A program made the translations under genes and the position numbers. Positions 50,398 through 59,404 of a stretch of 64,000 nt of DNA are shown here, in pieces; within the stretch, counting starts at the first letter, position 1, and every line of letters starts with the position of its first letter. This DNA comes from Candidatus Curtissbacteria bacterium (GTDB lineage Bacteria; Patescibacteriota; Microgenomatia; Curtissbacterales; GWA2-41-24). Where the stretch lies: assembly GCA_030647775.1 (NCBI GenBank), contig JAUSJC010000010.1:6208-70207 (forward strand), read 5' to 3'. The notes under the pieces are model-generated. The model ran no database searches and was not told where the DNA came from. It saw nothing but the letters and a program-made list of their open reading frames with translations.

Positions 50398-50487
50398 GGG
50401 GAACATCAGCTCTTCTTCCACCCCAAAGACACCCAAGAATGGGTTTTGAAAACTTATGTAAAAAATTGTCAAAAATTACTTAATTGA
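50398..50487 (+). pseudogene. Orphan diverged duplicate of the preceding gene's 3' end
   Basis: GEHQLFFHPKDTQEWVLKTYVK versus GKYQLFFHPRNTEELVLKEYIK at 50247 (14/22 identical). Confidence 0.8.
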
Positions 50488-50574
50488 CATCTGTATCAAG
50501 TTTTTGAGATAATTCTGGCGGGCACCCCATGTGGGTGCATGTCCTCCGAAGCTTTTAGCGAAGGAGGATTTTTT
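50484..50574 (+). promoter_or_regulatory. pyrG promoter and attenuator-like leader
   Basis: TTGACA-N18-GATAAT; GGGC at 50520; hairpin TCCTCC...GGAGGA followed by T6. Confidence 0.65.
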
Positions 50575-50602
50575 AGATCAACCCCATAAACTGTCCAAAT
50601 TT

Positions 50603-52228
50603 ATGGCGCGAACAAAAGTTATATTTGTGTCTGGCGGCGTAATTTCCGGAATCGGGAAGGGGATTGCCGCCTCTTCTATCGCCCTCCTTCTAAAATCCCG
50701 CGGCTTCTCGGTTACCATCATCAAGGCTGATCCCTACCTGAACCACGACGCCGGCACCCTAAACCCCATCGAGCACGGTGAAGTTTTTGTTTTGGATGAC
50801 GGCATGGAATGCGACCAGGACCTGGGCAATTACGAGCGCTTTTTAGACCAAAGCCTCAATGCCACCAACTACATGACCACCGGCCAAATCTTCAAGACCA
50901 TAATCGACCGGGAACGCGCTCTGGGCTATGGCGGCAAAACCGTCGAATTTTTCCAGCACCCGCCGGAGGAGATCATCGACCGCATTTTTGCCTGTGCCAA
51001 GAAAAACCGCGCCGAAATTGTCGTTTTCGAAGTCGGCGGCACAGTCGGGGAATATCAAAACATGCTTTACTTGGAGGCCAACAGGCTTCTCAAACTCAAA
51101 CACCCGCGTGACATTTTGCACGTTCACTTAACTTACTTGCCGATTCCGTCGTCTTTGGGCGAAATGAAGTCGAAACCCGCCCAGATGTCTATTCAGCAGC
51201 TGGCTTCTTCCGGTATCATTGCCGATTTTGTCCTGGCCCGCGCGCAAGTAGCTGTGGACGAGCGCCGCAAGGAAAAAATTGCTATCGCCTGCGGCCTTTC
51301 CCCCGAAGATATCATTTCGGCTCCGGACGTTGAAAATATTTATCAAGTGCCTTTAAATTTTGAAAACCAGGGCCTTTCCGACAAAATTCTCAAGAAGCTG
51401 AACACTAAACCCAGGAGAAGCGACCTTTCCGAATGGAAAGTAATGGTCAACCGCGCGCTGACTGCGCCCAAAACAGCCAAAATTGCCATGGTCGGCAAAT
51501 ATTTCTCGACCGGCGATTTTACCCTTTCCGATGCCTATCTTTCCGTCATCGAATCCATAAAGCACGCCGCGGCCATGCACGATATCAAACCCAGAATGGT
51601 TTGGATCGACAGCGCCCAAATCGAAGAAGAAGGCGCTAAAATGCTGGCGGGCTACGACGGCATTGTTGTCCCCGGCGGCTACGGGTCGCGCGCCGTTGAA
51701 GGCATTGTCCAGGCGATTAAATTCGCCCGCGAAAATAATATCCCGTATTTTGGCCTCTGCTACGGCATGCAGCAGGCCGCCGTTGAATTTGCCAGAAACG
51801 TTTTAGGCTTCAAAGATGCCAATACCACGGAAATTGACCCTAAAACCAAACATCCGATAATCCACGTCATGGAATCGCAAAAGGATAAAGTTGAAAACAA
51901 ACACTTCGGCGGCACCCAGCGTCTGGGTGCCTGGGAATGGAAAGGGAAGGCCGGCACCAAATATGCCAAAGCCTATGGGAAGTTGACCGGTTCCGAACGC
52001 CACCGCCACCGCTATGAATTCAACAACAGCTACCGCGACATTTTTGAAAAAAACGGCATGCAAATCGCCGCAACGACCAAAGACAACAAACTTGTCGAAG
52101 CATTGGAGCTCAAAAACCACCCCTTCTTCATCGGTACCCAGTTCCATCCCGAACTTAAATCCCGCCCGCTCCACCCTCATCCTCTCTACATGGCTTTCAT
52201 GAAAGCGGTAAGTAAGGCTAAGAATTGA
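50603..52228 (+). CDS. pyrG: CTP synthase
   Basis: FVSGGVISGIGKG, HGEVFV, GLCYGMQ, ERHRHRYE, QFHPE; start at ATG 50603. Confidence 0.98.
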   Translation: MARTKVIFVSGGVISGIGKGIAASSIALLLKSRGFSVTIIKADPYLNHDAGTLNPIEHGEVFVLDDGMECDQDLGNYERFLDQSLNATNYMTTGQIFKTIIDRERALGYGGKTVEFFQHPPEEIIDRIFACAKKNRAEIVVFEVGGTVGEYQNMLYLEANRLLKLKHPRDILHVHLTYLPIPSSLGEMKSKPAQMSIQQLASSGIIADFVLARAQVAVDERRKEKIAIACGLSPEDIISAPDVENIYQVPLNFENQGLSDKILKKLNTKPRRSDLSEWKVMVNRALTAPKTAKIAMVGKYFSTGDFTLSDAYLSVIESIKHAAAMHDIKPRMVWIDSAQIEEEGAKMLAGYDGIVVPGGYGSRAVEGIVQAIKFARENNIPYFGLCYGMQQAAVEFARNVLGFKDANTTEIDPKTKHPIIHVMESQKDKVENKHFGGTQRLGAWEWKGKAGTKYAKAYGKLTGSERHRHRYEFNNSYRDIFEKNGMQIAATTKDNKLVEALELKNHPFFIGTQFHPELKSRPLHPHPLYMAFMKAVSKAKN

Positions 52229-52251
52229 CTTTTTAGTTCTAAGAGAGTTTA

Positions 52252-52560
52252 ATGCCAACAATGGAAAGATTTAGGCTTGTTGGAGAGGATGGTTGGCCGG
52301 GTGAGATTAAACGTACATCTGACGAAATTAAAAGAAGCCTTTTTAATGGCACCATCCGTACAGGCTCATTGGCAGCAGGAGCAGTATCGCTAAGTGTTCT
52401 TGAAGCCCCGCCACTTATTTCGTGGGGAATGGTCGCAGCTGGTGTTGTTACCGCTCTATATATGGAGGTCAAACTTAAGTATCTTGAGGATCTTCGCGAA
52501 GACCTGATAGAAATAAATAGAGAAACGAGATTGCCAATGGGCGTTCGAGCTCATCGCTAA
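52252..52560 (+). CDS. Small membrane hypothetical protein
   Basis: Two hydrophobic segments. Confidence 0.5.
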   Translation: MPTMERFRLVGEDGWPGEIKRTSDEIKRSLFNGTIRTGSLAAGAVSLSVLEAPPLISWGMVAAGVVTALYMEVKLKYLEDLREDLIEINRETRLPMGVRAHR

Positions 52561-52616
52561 ACCCTTGACAACAGTTAAATTTTTGCAAACTTCATTAACA
52601 AAATAGCCTCATACCG

Positions 52617-52645
52617 TTGACAACTGTATATTTTTAGAATATACT
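52617..52645 (+). promoter_or_regulatory. TA promoter with overlapping operator palindrome
   Basis: TTGACA-N17-TATACT; GTATATT-N5-AATATAC. Confidence 0.75.
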
Positions 52646-52651
52646 TCAAAA

Positions 52652-52960
52652 GTGAAGATATTATCGGAGCCAATCACATTTGACTGGGATAAAAGTAATA
52701 TCGACAAAAACTTAATAAAACATGGTGTAACTTATCAGGAGACTGAAGAAGTATTTGGCAATCAACCATTATTACTAAATGTTGACAGCAAACATTCAGA
52801 CTTGGAAATTAGATATCAAGTACTCGGAAAAACAAGCAAAAATAGGCTATTATTTGTATCTTTTACAATAAGAAATCAAAAAGTCAGACCAATATCCTTT
52901 AGAGATATGAGTAAAAAAGAAAGGAGGGTATATGAAAAAAAGACTAAAAACAGTTCCTAA
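52652..52960 (+). CDS. BrnT-family toxin
   Basis: FDWDKSNIDKNLIKHGV...EEVF...HS...RY..LG...RPISFRDMSKKER. Confidence 0.9.
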   Translation: MKILSEPITFDWDKSNIDKNLIKHGVTYQETEEVFGNQPLLLNVDSKHSDLEIRYQVLGKTSKNRLLFVSFTIRNQKVRPISFRDMSKKERRVYEKKTKNSS

Positions 52961-53207
52961 ATTTAAAAATGAAGATGAAGAAAGGGAGTTTTGGGCGAAT
53001 GCTGATTCTACGGAATACTTTGACTGGTCTAAAGCACAGGAAGTAATCTTTCCCAATCTCAAGCCTTCAACTGAGTCGATCTCTCTAAGATTACCAGAGT
53101 ATCTTTTAGCGAGAATTAAAGAATTAGCCAACAAAAAAGATGTACCGTACCAATCCTTAATGAAAATCTTTTTGGCCGAAAGGGTAGGGCAGGAACTAAA
53201 AAAATAA
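52932..53207 (+). CDS. BrnA/CopG-like antitoxin
   Basis: PKFKNEDEEREFW...ISLRLP...VPYQSLMK. Confidence 0.9.
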   Translation: MKKRLKTVPKFKNEDEEREFWANADSTEYFDWSKAQEVIFPNLKPSTESISLRLPEYLLARIKELANKKDVPYQSLMKIFLAERVGQELKK

Positions 53208-53224
53208 ACCTGCACCCTTCGGGC

Positions 53225-53280
53225 TTGACAAAGCCTAAATTTTTGTTATTATACTAGCAGTCGTAAGCAACAAGTGCTTG
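53225..53280 (+). promoter_or_regulatory. groESL promoter with CIRCE-like (HrcA) operator
   Basis: TTGACA at 53225; CTAGCAGTC-N9-AAGTGCTTG at 53254-53280 versus consensus TTAGCACTC-N9-GAGTGCTAA. Confidence 0.7.
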
Positions 53281-53358
53281 CGTTTTTTAAAAGAATTGCT
53301 TATAATCCTGCTCTAACCAATCTAACAATTTAACAATATAGCAATATAACAATTTACG

Positions 53359-53643
53359 ATGTTAAAACCACTCGCCGGATACGTCCTTATAGAACCTGCT
53401 CCCAAAGAAACTAAAACCGCCTCCGGCATTTATTTACCGGAATCTGCCGACGAAAAACCTCAAGAAGGCAAAGTCATTGCCACGGGCGATGCAATCTACG
53501 ATCACGGCAAAGAAGTCACCTCACCTGTCAAAGTAGGGGACAAAGTCGTCTACAAAAAATGGGGCGGCAATGAAGTTAAAGTCGAAGGCCGCGAAATGCT
53601 GCTTATCAAATTCGAAGACTTAATGGCCGTCGTAACGAAATGA
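53359..53643 (+). CDS. groES: Co-chaperonin GroES
   Basis: LKPL, KTASGIYLP, EKPQEG, VKVGDKV. Confidence 0.97.
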   Translation: MLKPLAGYVLIEPAPKETKTASGIYLPESADEKPQEGKVIATGDAIYDHGKEVTSPVKVGDKVVYKKWGGNEVKVEGREMLLIKFEDLMAVVTK

Positions 53644-53704
53644 CTAAAGACGAAAGACTAACGTCTAAAGCTTTAGTCGATAGTCATTAGACAAAACAAA
53701 GAAA

Positions 53705-55336
53705 ATGGCAAAGCAGATTATATACGCAGAAGAAGCAAGAACCAAACTAAAGGCCGGCGTCGATAAACTCGCCGCCGCCGTAGCAACTACTCTGGGCCCC
53801 AAAGGTAGAAATGTCGCCTTAGACAAGAAATGGGGGGCTCCAAGCGTTATCCATGACGGCGTCACCGTTGCCAAAGAAATCGAACTCGAAGACCCGTTTG
53901 AAAACATGGGCGCTTCCTTAGTTAAAGAAGCAGCCTCCAAAACCAGCGATGTTGCCGGCGACGGTACAACTACGGCCACTGTTCTCGCCCAGGCCATTGT
54001 CGAAGAAGGCCTCAAGAATATTACAGCCGGTGCCAACCCTATGATTCTCCGCTACGGCGTTGAAAAAGCAACAGATGCAGTTGTGCAAGAGCTCAAAAAG
54101 ATGGCCAAAAAAGTTGCCGACCAGGGTGAAATTGAAAAAATCGCCACCATTTCGGCAGCCTCTTCGGAAATTGGCAAATTAATTGCCGATGCTCTCCATA
54201 AAGTTGGCTCCGATGGTGTAATCACCGTCGAAGAAGGCAAGGGTCTTGATCTTTCAGTCGAATACAAAGAAGGCATGGAATTTGACCGTGGTTTTGCTTC
54301 TGCTTACTTTGTTACCGATCCGGACAAAATGCAGTCTGTCATAGAAGACGCCCACATTCTAATCACCGACCAAAAAGTCGCTTCAATGAGTGATTTGGTT
54401 GAGTTCTTAAATAATTTCGTCAAAGTTTCCAAAAACCTAGTCATTATTGCCGACGAAGTTGAAGGTGAAGCTTTGGCAACACTGGTTGTTAACAAACTGC
54501 GCGGAGCCATCAACATTCTGGCCGTCAAAGCTCCCGGTTTTGGCGACAGACGCAAGGAAATGCTCGAGGATATCGCCATTTTGACAGGTGGTACGGTTAT
54601 TTCCGAAGACATGGGCCGCAAACTCGAATCAGTTACCGTTGACGACCTTGGGAAAGCAGACAGAATCGTTGCCGACAAAGACAATACCATTATAGTTGGC
54701 GGTAAAGGTTCAAGAGCGGCTCTTGATGCCCGCATCAAACAAATTAGAAACGAAATTTCATCTACCGACAGCGATTTTGACCGCGAAAAGGCAGAGGAAC
54801 GTTTAGCCAAACTTTCCGGCGGAGTAGCCGTTATTAATGTCGGTGCCGCCACCGAAGTCGAGATGAAAGACAAAAAAGAAAGGGTCGATGATGCTGTCCA
54901 CGCCACCAAAGCTGCTGTCGAAGAGGGCTATGTTGTTGGAGGGGGAGTTGCCCTAATTCGTGCCGCAAAAGCCCTGGAAAAGATGATCCAGGCCGCAGCT
55001 CAAACAGACGAAAAAATCGGTATGGAAATAGTCCGCCAGGCCTTGGGAAAACCTTTGGCCATGATTGCTAAAAATGCCGGAGTCGATGCCGGCTGGGCCG
55101 TTAAAGAAGTTGAAAAGGCCACAGGCAATATCGGCCTCAATGCTCTAACAGGTAAATTTGAAGATTTAGTCGTTGCCGGAGTAATCGATCCGGTCAAAGT
55201 AACCCGCTCTGCAATCCAAAACGCCGCCTCCGTCGCCATGATGATCTTAACTACAGAAGCCTTAGTTACCGATCTCCCGGAAAAGACCCCTCCGTCAGCT
55301 GGTGGAATGCCCTCCGGCGGCATGGGTGAATATTAA
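53705..55336 (+). CDS. groEL: Chaperonin GroEL
   Basis: [28 protein letters not shown]. Confidence 0.99.
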   Translation: MAKQIIYAEEARTKLKAGVDKLAAAVATTLGPKGRNVALDKKWGAPSVIHDGVTVAKEIELEDPFENMGASLVKEAASKTSDVAGDGTTTATVLAQAIVEEGLKNITAGANPMILRYGVEKATDAVVQELKKMAKKVADQGEIEKIATISAASSEIGKLIADALHKVGSDGVITVEEGKGLDLSVEYKEGMEFDRGFASAYFVTDPDKMQSVIEDAHILITDQKVASMSDLVEFLNNFVKVSKNLVIIADEVEGEALATLVVNKLRGAINILAVKAPGFGDRRKEMLEDIAILTGGTVISEDMGRKLESVTVDDLGKADRIVADKDNTIIVGGKGSRAALDARIKQIRNEISSTDSDFDREKAEERLAKLSGGVAVINVGAATEVEMKDKKERVDDAVHATKAAVEEGYVVGGGVALIRAAKALEKMIQAAAQTDEKIGMEIVRQALGKPLAMIAKNAGVDAGWAVKEVEKATGNIGLNALTGKFEDLVVAGVIDPVKVTRSAIQNAASVAMMILTTEALVTDLPEKTPPSAGGMPSGGMGEY

Positions 55337-55584
55337 TCCTCGTCTGCGATAATCCTCGAAAGTTGATAAGTGATAAATACAGCCAAAAGTGTAATCAGAA
55401 GTGCGTAGAGTAGCTTGGACACAACACCTGCGCCTGAAGGCAAATATCTATCCACATATTCGCGAACTATTGCCTGTATCGCCTCGTTCCATGCCAAAGC
55501 TGCCACCAGCCCAAACCCGGAAGTCGAAAGGGTAATCATCTGTCTTAATAATTCGCGAGTTAGCTTTTTGTTCTTTTTAGCCAT
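55333..55584 (-). CDS. DUF5654-type small membrane protein
   Basis: [16 protein letters not shown]...YALLIT. Confidence 0.8.
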   Translation of the reverse strand: MAKKNKKLTRELLRQMITLSTSGFGLVAALAWNEAIQAIVREYVDRYLPSGAGVVSKLLYALLITLLAVFITYQLSRIIADED

Positions 55585-55590
55585 TTTTGG

Positions 55591-56217
55591 TTATTTCAAA
55601 ACGATTTTGATCCTGCCGGTACTGACATTGGCAGACCAGTCGGTTATATCCGTTTTAGCTTGAATAATGTATGTATTTTGTCCCGGATCTAAACTGACGC
55701 CTGGAGAAACCAAAAGTATGCCGGTTCCGGAAGTGGTCGCCAGTTCGCTATTCCAGACCGGATGGCCGCCTGTCTTGTTATAAAGCTGTACATAAGCCTT
55801 ACCATTACCTCCTGTCACTGAAACATTAGCCTCAAAATTAACACTTTGGATCCCCGCGTACTTCGAAGAATCAATAGTAACTTCCGCTCCGGGTATATTG
55901 GCATAAGTGCGGCTATTGGTTGACCCACTGCCGACCGGTATAAAAATTTCCTTCTGGGCAGTCTGCACAATTGTTTGCTGGCCAGCGTTATTAGCCGGAG
56001 GAGTAGATGAAACTTGGGAACCGGTAGTTTGAGGGCTTGGTAGCGGAGAAGGCGTAGGCGCTGGTGTCGGTTTGAGGTCAACCGTCCTTGCCTCTTGCTT
56101 TGCACCCTCATTTTTAAACGTTAAATAATTTAGGTAGACAAGGTCAAAAAGCGCTACCGCCAAAATAGCAATGCCGATTTTTGCCAAAATTTTTGAAAGC
56201 AGTGAAGAATTATCCAT
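55591..56217 (-). CDS. Single-TM exported protein with Pro/Thr linker
   Basis: TM, PTPAPTPSP, EIFIPVGSG beta domain. Confidence 0.7.
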   Translation of the reverse strand: MDNSSLLSKILAKIGIAILAVALFDLVYLNYLTFKNEGAKQEARTVDLKPTPAPTPSPLPSPQTTGSQVSSTPPANNAGQQTIVQTAQKEIFIPVGSGSTNSRTYANIPGAEVTIDSSKYAGIQSVNFEANVSVTGGNGKAYVQLYNKTGGHPVWNSELATTSGTGILLVSPGVSLDPGQNTYIIQAKTDITDWSANVSTGRIKIVLK

Positions 56218-56353
56218 ACTTTCTCATATTATCAAAGTTTACATCATATTCTTCGAGCGAAGCGAGAAGTAAGTTCTCACATACGTTCGAACAATACTTG
56301 GGTTAAGTCCTATGTTAAACTAGGGCTAACAATCAACAATCATCAATTACTCC

Positions 56354-56851
56354 ATGAATATCAAACCACCCTCCGCTAGCCAAAGGAAAAGGCTGGCCAA
56401 ACTTTTAGGCAGTGGGGAAGAAGTAATCTATGTTACTTCGATTGGTACCCGCTACTTCTGGATAAAAGTTCTCACAACCTTACCGTTGGCTTTTCTTATC
56501 ATCGGCCTCCCAAAGCTTGGCAATATTATAAGGATGCGCCAATCATATACTTATGCCATCACCAACAGGCGTTTTTTGATAATCAGGGGTATACTTACCA
56601 GGAAAATCGTCACCGCTCCACTAGGCGCCATCACCCACATTACGGTCGAACAATCTTTTATTCAGCGTCTTTTTTACAATACCGGCCATTTGGTAATAAT
56701 CACCGCCGGCTTTGACCAAAGGGAAATTGTAATCGAACATATTGCCGACCCCGTCAGATTCAAAATTCTAATAGAGGATTTAACCGCAAAATTGGATAAC
56801 CAAAAAGATGAAGAGGAACCCCAAACAAAGCTTCGCGCTCTTTCGCTCTAG
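56354..56851 (+). CDS. Bacterial PH-domain (bPH_2) membrane protein
   Basis: YAITNRR...GILTRK...EQSFIQRLFYNTG...ITAG. Confidence 0.8.
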   Translation: MNIKPPSASQRKRLAKLLGSGEEVIYVTSIGTRYFWIKVLTTLPLAFLIIGLPKLGNIIRMRQSYTYAITNRRFLIIRGILTRKIVTAPLGAITHITVEQSFIQRLFYNTGHLVIITAGFDQREIVIEHIADPVRFKILIEDLTAKLDNQKDEEEPQTKLRALSL

Positions 56852-56868
56852 TTTAAATCTTAGTCCGT

Positions 56869-57558
56869 TTACTTAGGTAATATCCCCGAAGGGTCAACAT
56901 AAATATCGTTATCAATAATTTCCATGTGGACGTGGGCACCGGTTGTTCTGCCTGTTAAGCCGACTGTACCGATTTGGGTTTTGCCGTCAACCTTATTGCC
57001 GACGCCGACATCAATTCTACCCATGTGGGAATAAGTACTCTTTAAGCCGTCACCGTGGTCAATAATAACCATATTCCCGTGGCCGTCGTAAACCATGCCT
57101 GCAAAGACAACCGTTCCCTCACCAATTGAGTGGATTGGAGTTCCAAGCGGCGCGGCAATGTCATTGGCCCTGTGGTAAAAGCTAAATCCTTGAGAGATAT
57201 ACCCGTCAGCCGGTTTATAGAATTCAAATGGGGATTTATGGGCCGAAATTTCCTGGTCAATATCAATTTGGGGTACAGGACTGTCGAGAGCCTGGGCGAC
57301 TAAAATCTTCTGGCCGCCGATGACAACATCCGCTCGCCTCGCATTAAGATAGTCGGCAGCCGGCGAAGCAACCGCAAACAAAAGAGCCAAAACGACAATT
57401 AATTTGGCGAATAGTCTGGCCCTTGGCCTGATCTTAATCTGTGTATGGGTAAATAAAAGGCCAAGTCGAACCGTCTCGCGGGCCTCCATGCGTTGGACCT
57501 TTTTGAAATTCCTTTTAAGTTTTCTCAGTTGTCTGATCATGTATTTGTATCTCCCCAC
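56869..57558 (-). CDS. M23 family peptidase
   Basis: HRANDIA, YSHM, GRTTGAHVH. Confidence 0.9.
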   Translation of the reverse strand: MGRYKYMIRQLRKLKRNFKKVQRMEARETVRLGLLFTHTQIKIRPRARLFAKLIVVLALLFAVASPAADYLNARRADVVIGGQKILVAQALDSPVPQIDIDQEISAHKSPFEFYKPADGYISQGFSFYHRANDIAAPLGTPIHSIGEGTVVFAGMVYDGHGNMVIIDHGDGLKSTYSHMGRIDVGVGNKVDGKTQIGTVGLTGRTTGAHVHMEIIDNDIYVDPSGILPK

Positions 57559-57827
57559 TAAAAGTCCCTATAAATTTTTCTGGGGGACTAGGGTCAAAAG
57601 ACCCATAGTGGAGAATTACAAGTGGGAAGTATAGCAAAAATATAAGTGAAAGTCAAGTTATAACGCCAACTAGAATAAGACCCATAGTTTATGAGCGGTC
57701 TATCAATTTTGATCTGTTCTTGCGCCAAACGAAGTCGAAATGTTACCTTTAGATAACGAAACGCTATTTAAACATCGATTTAAATAGTGTGTAGTTATCG
57801 CAAGGAAGCGTTACTTCCTTAAAGCCA

Positions 57828-58700
57828 ATGCCTCTTAAAGCGCTTAACGCTGAACGACTAAAGACTAAAGCCAAAGCTAGCCTAAAAACTCTTGCGTTTG
57901 TCGTTAGTCTTTCGTCCTTAGTCATACTTTTATCCGGCTGTAGTGCTGTCGGCTTCAATAAACCGGCCGCCTTGCAAATAACTTCAAAGCCGGAAGCCTC
58001 GGTTTTTCTGGACGGCAAGCATGTCGGTAAAACCCCGTTTTTCTCCGATCAGCTCAAAAGCGGTAAACACAGCCTTAAAATTACCGTATCCGAAGCCAGC
58101 TTTGTAGATGAGGTCAATCTCACTTCAGGCACGCTGACCGTGGTTAACCGTGATCTTGCACCAAGTTTCTTGGCTCAAGCCGGCGAAACCCTCTATCTCT
58201 TGCCTGGCAAGCACGGCCTTTTCATAACCTCAATGCCCCCGGAAGCAGATGCTACAGTCGACGGTAAGCTTGTTGGCCGTACACCGGTTCTTATGAGCAA
58301 TATCGGAGAGGGTGACCATAAAGTACTTATAACCAAAGATGGCTACATCAGCCGTGAATTTGCCATAAAAACCACCTCCCAATATCAACTCTCGGCTCAA
58401 GTAACCCTAGCTTCGCAGGAAGCTAAGAATATTGCCGAAGGTAATGTTCCGTCACCCCAGCCTCAAATAGCCAGAGTCGAGATTACCGATACGCCTCAGG
58501 GGTTTCTGAGGGTCAGGCAGGATGCATCGATAGATTCGGCGGAGATAGGCCGGGTCAAAACAGGCGATCAGCTTGATATTGTCCGGGAAACAGCGGATTG
58601 GATCAAGGTCAAGTTCCCTGCCCGCAATGCTTCGCAAAGCGATGCAGGCGGGCAAGGGAAACAAGGCTGGATTTCCGCCCAGTACACAAAGAAGATTTAA
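57828..58700 (+). CDS. PEGA-domain lipoprotein with C-terminal SH3 domain
   Basis: LSGC lipobox; two ITSxP..VDG..GxTP repeats; FLRVR...WIKV...GWIS. Confidence 0.85.
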   Translation: MPLKALNAERLKTKAKASLKTLAFVVSLSSLVILLSGCSAVGFNKPAALQITSKPEASVFLDGKHVGKTPFFSDQLKSGKHSLKITVSEASFVDEVNLTSGTLTVVNRDLAPSFLAQAGETLYLLPGKHGLFITSMPPEADATVDGKLVGRTPVLMSNIGEGDHKVLITKDGYISREFAIKTTSQYQLSAQVTLASQEAKNIAEGNVPSPQPQIARVEITDTPQGFLRVRQDASIDSAEIGRVKTGDQLDIVRETADWIKVKFPARNASQSDAGGQGKQGWISAQYTKKI

Positions 58701-58729
58701 ATTGAAAATTGTAAATTTAAAATTGAAAA

Positions 58730-58830
58730 TTTATATCAGCCTTGCTGAAAACTTCGACATTCATGTCGAAGATGAAAGCAAAGGATGATACATACTTCTC
58801 AATAGGCGGTTTTCAGCAATCTGATGTAAA
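58730..58830. mobile_element. ~100-bp nested inverted-repeat element (MITE-like) with IS200/IS605-like internal hairpin
   Basis: TTTATATCAG/CTGATGTAAA, TTGCTGAAAAC/GTTTTCAGCAA, TTCGACA-TTCA-TGTCGAA. Confidence 0.5.
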
Positions 58831-58864
58831 CTGGTTTTAAGCATGAGAAGTTTATAGTTAACCT

Positions 58865-59404
58865 ATGGTTACTAAATCTATATCTAAGCTAATTGACCAA
58901 GCCATTTTACCGACGGCCATACTAATTATCGGTAAAATGGGCGGCCTTTTCTTAACCGTCTATTTCCTGCGTCTTGATTTCATCGTCCGGCCGGCAAGCT
59001 TCCTAAAAATCCTTCCAACAGTCCACTTTCCGGATCCCCAGTCATACATCTTGGCGGAAAACTATTCGAATTTAGCCATGTTCACCCTAGCCTCTCTAGG
59101 CACGATTTTTGTTATCACCCGTGCCCATTTCCTGCACGAAAGCCACATCTCGCCCACGCTTCAGGCGAAACTGGCCAGGCTTAATTTGGAAGTCTTGATC
59201 GCTTCCAGTTACAAGCTTTATCACCAGGCGGCTATTTGGTTAACGTTTCTTTGGCTTTCAACGGCCTTTTTAGTGCTCTCGACCATACTAAATATTACTT
59301 ATCCCCAAATTTCGATTATTGCCTTCATAGTCGCGGCTAATTTTTCCTGGGTTTTTGCCCTTGATGTTGAAAAGGAACTGGAGATCCAAAGAGGCCAAAT
59401 ATGA
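58865..59404 (+). CDS. Four-TM hypothetical membrane protein
   Basis: Hydrophobic pattern; KLIDQAILP. Confidence 0.75.
   Translation: MVTKSISKLIDQAILPTAILIIGKMGGLFLTVYFLRLDFIVRPASFLKILPTVHFPDPQSYILAENYSNLAMFTLASLGTIFVITRAHFLHESHISPTLQAKLARLNLEVLIASSYKLYHQAAIWLTFLWLSTAFLVLSTILNITYPQISIIAFIVAANFSWVFALDVEKELEIQRGQI

Noticed and set aside
50531-50602. N-terminal extensions in the ORF track for pyrG (also jag at 29064 and the 7663 ORF)
   Set aside because: They run through repeat or leader hairpins; downstream ATGs match the family starts or an SD site.
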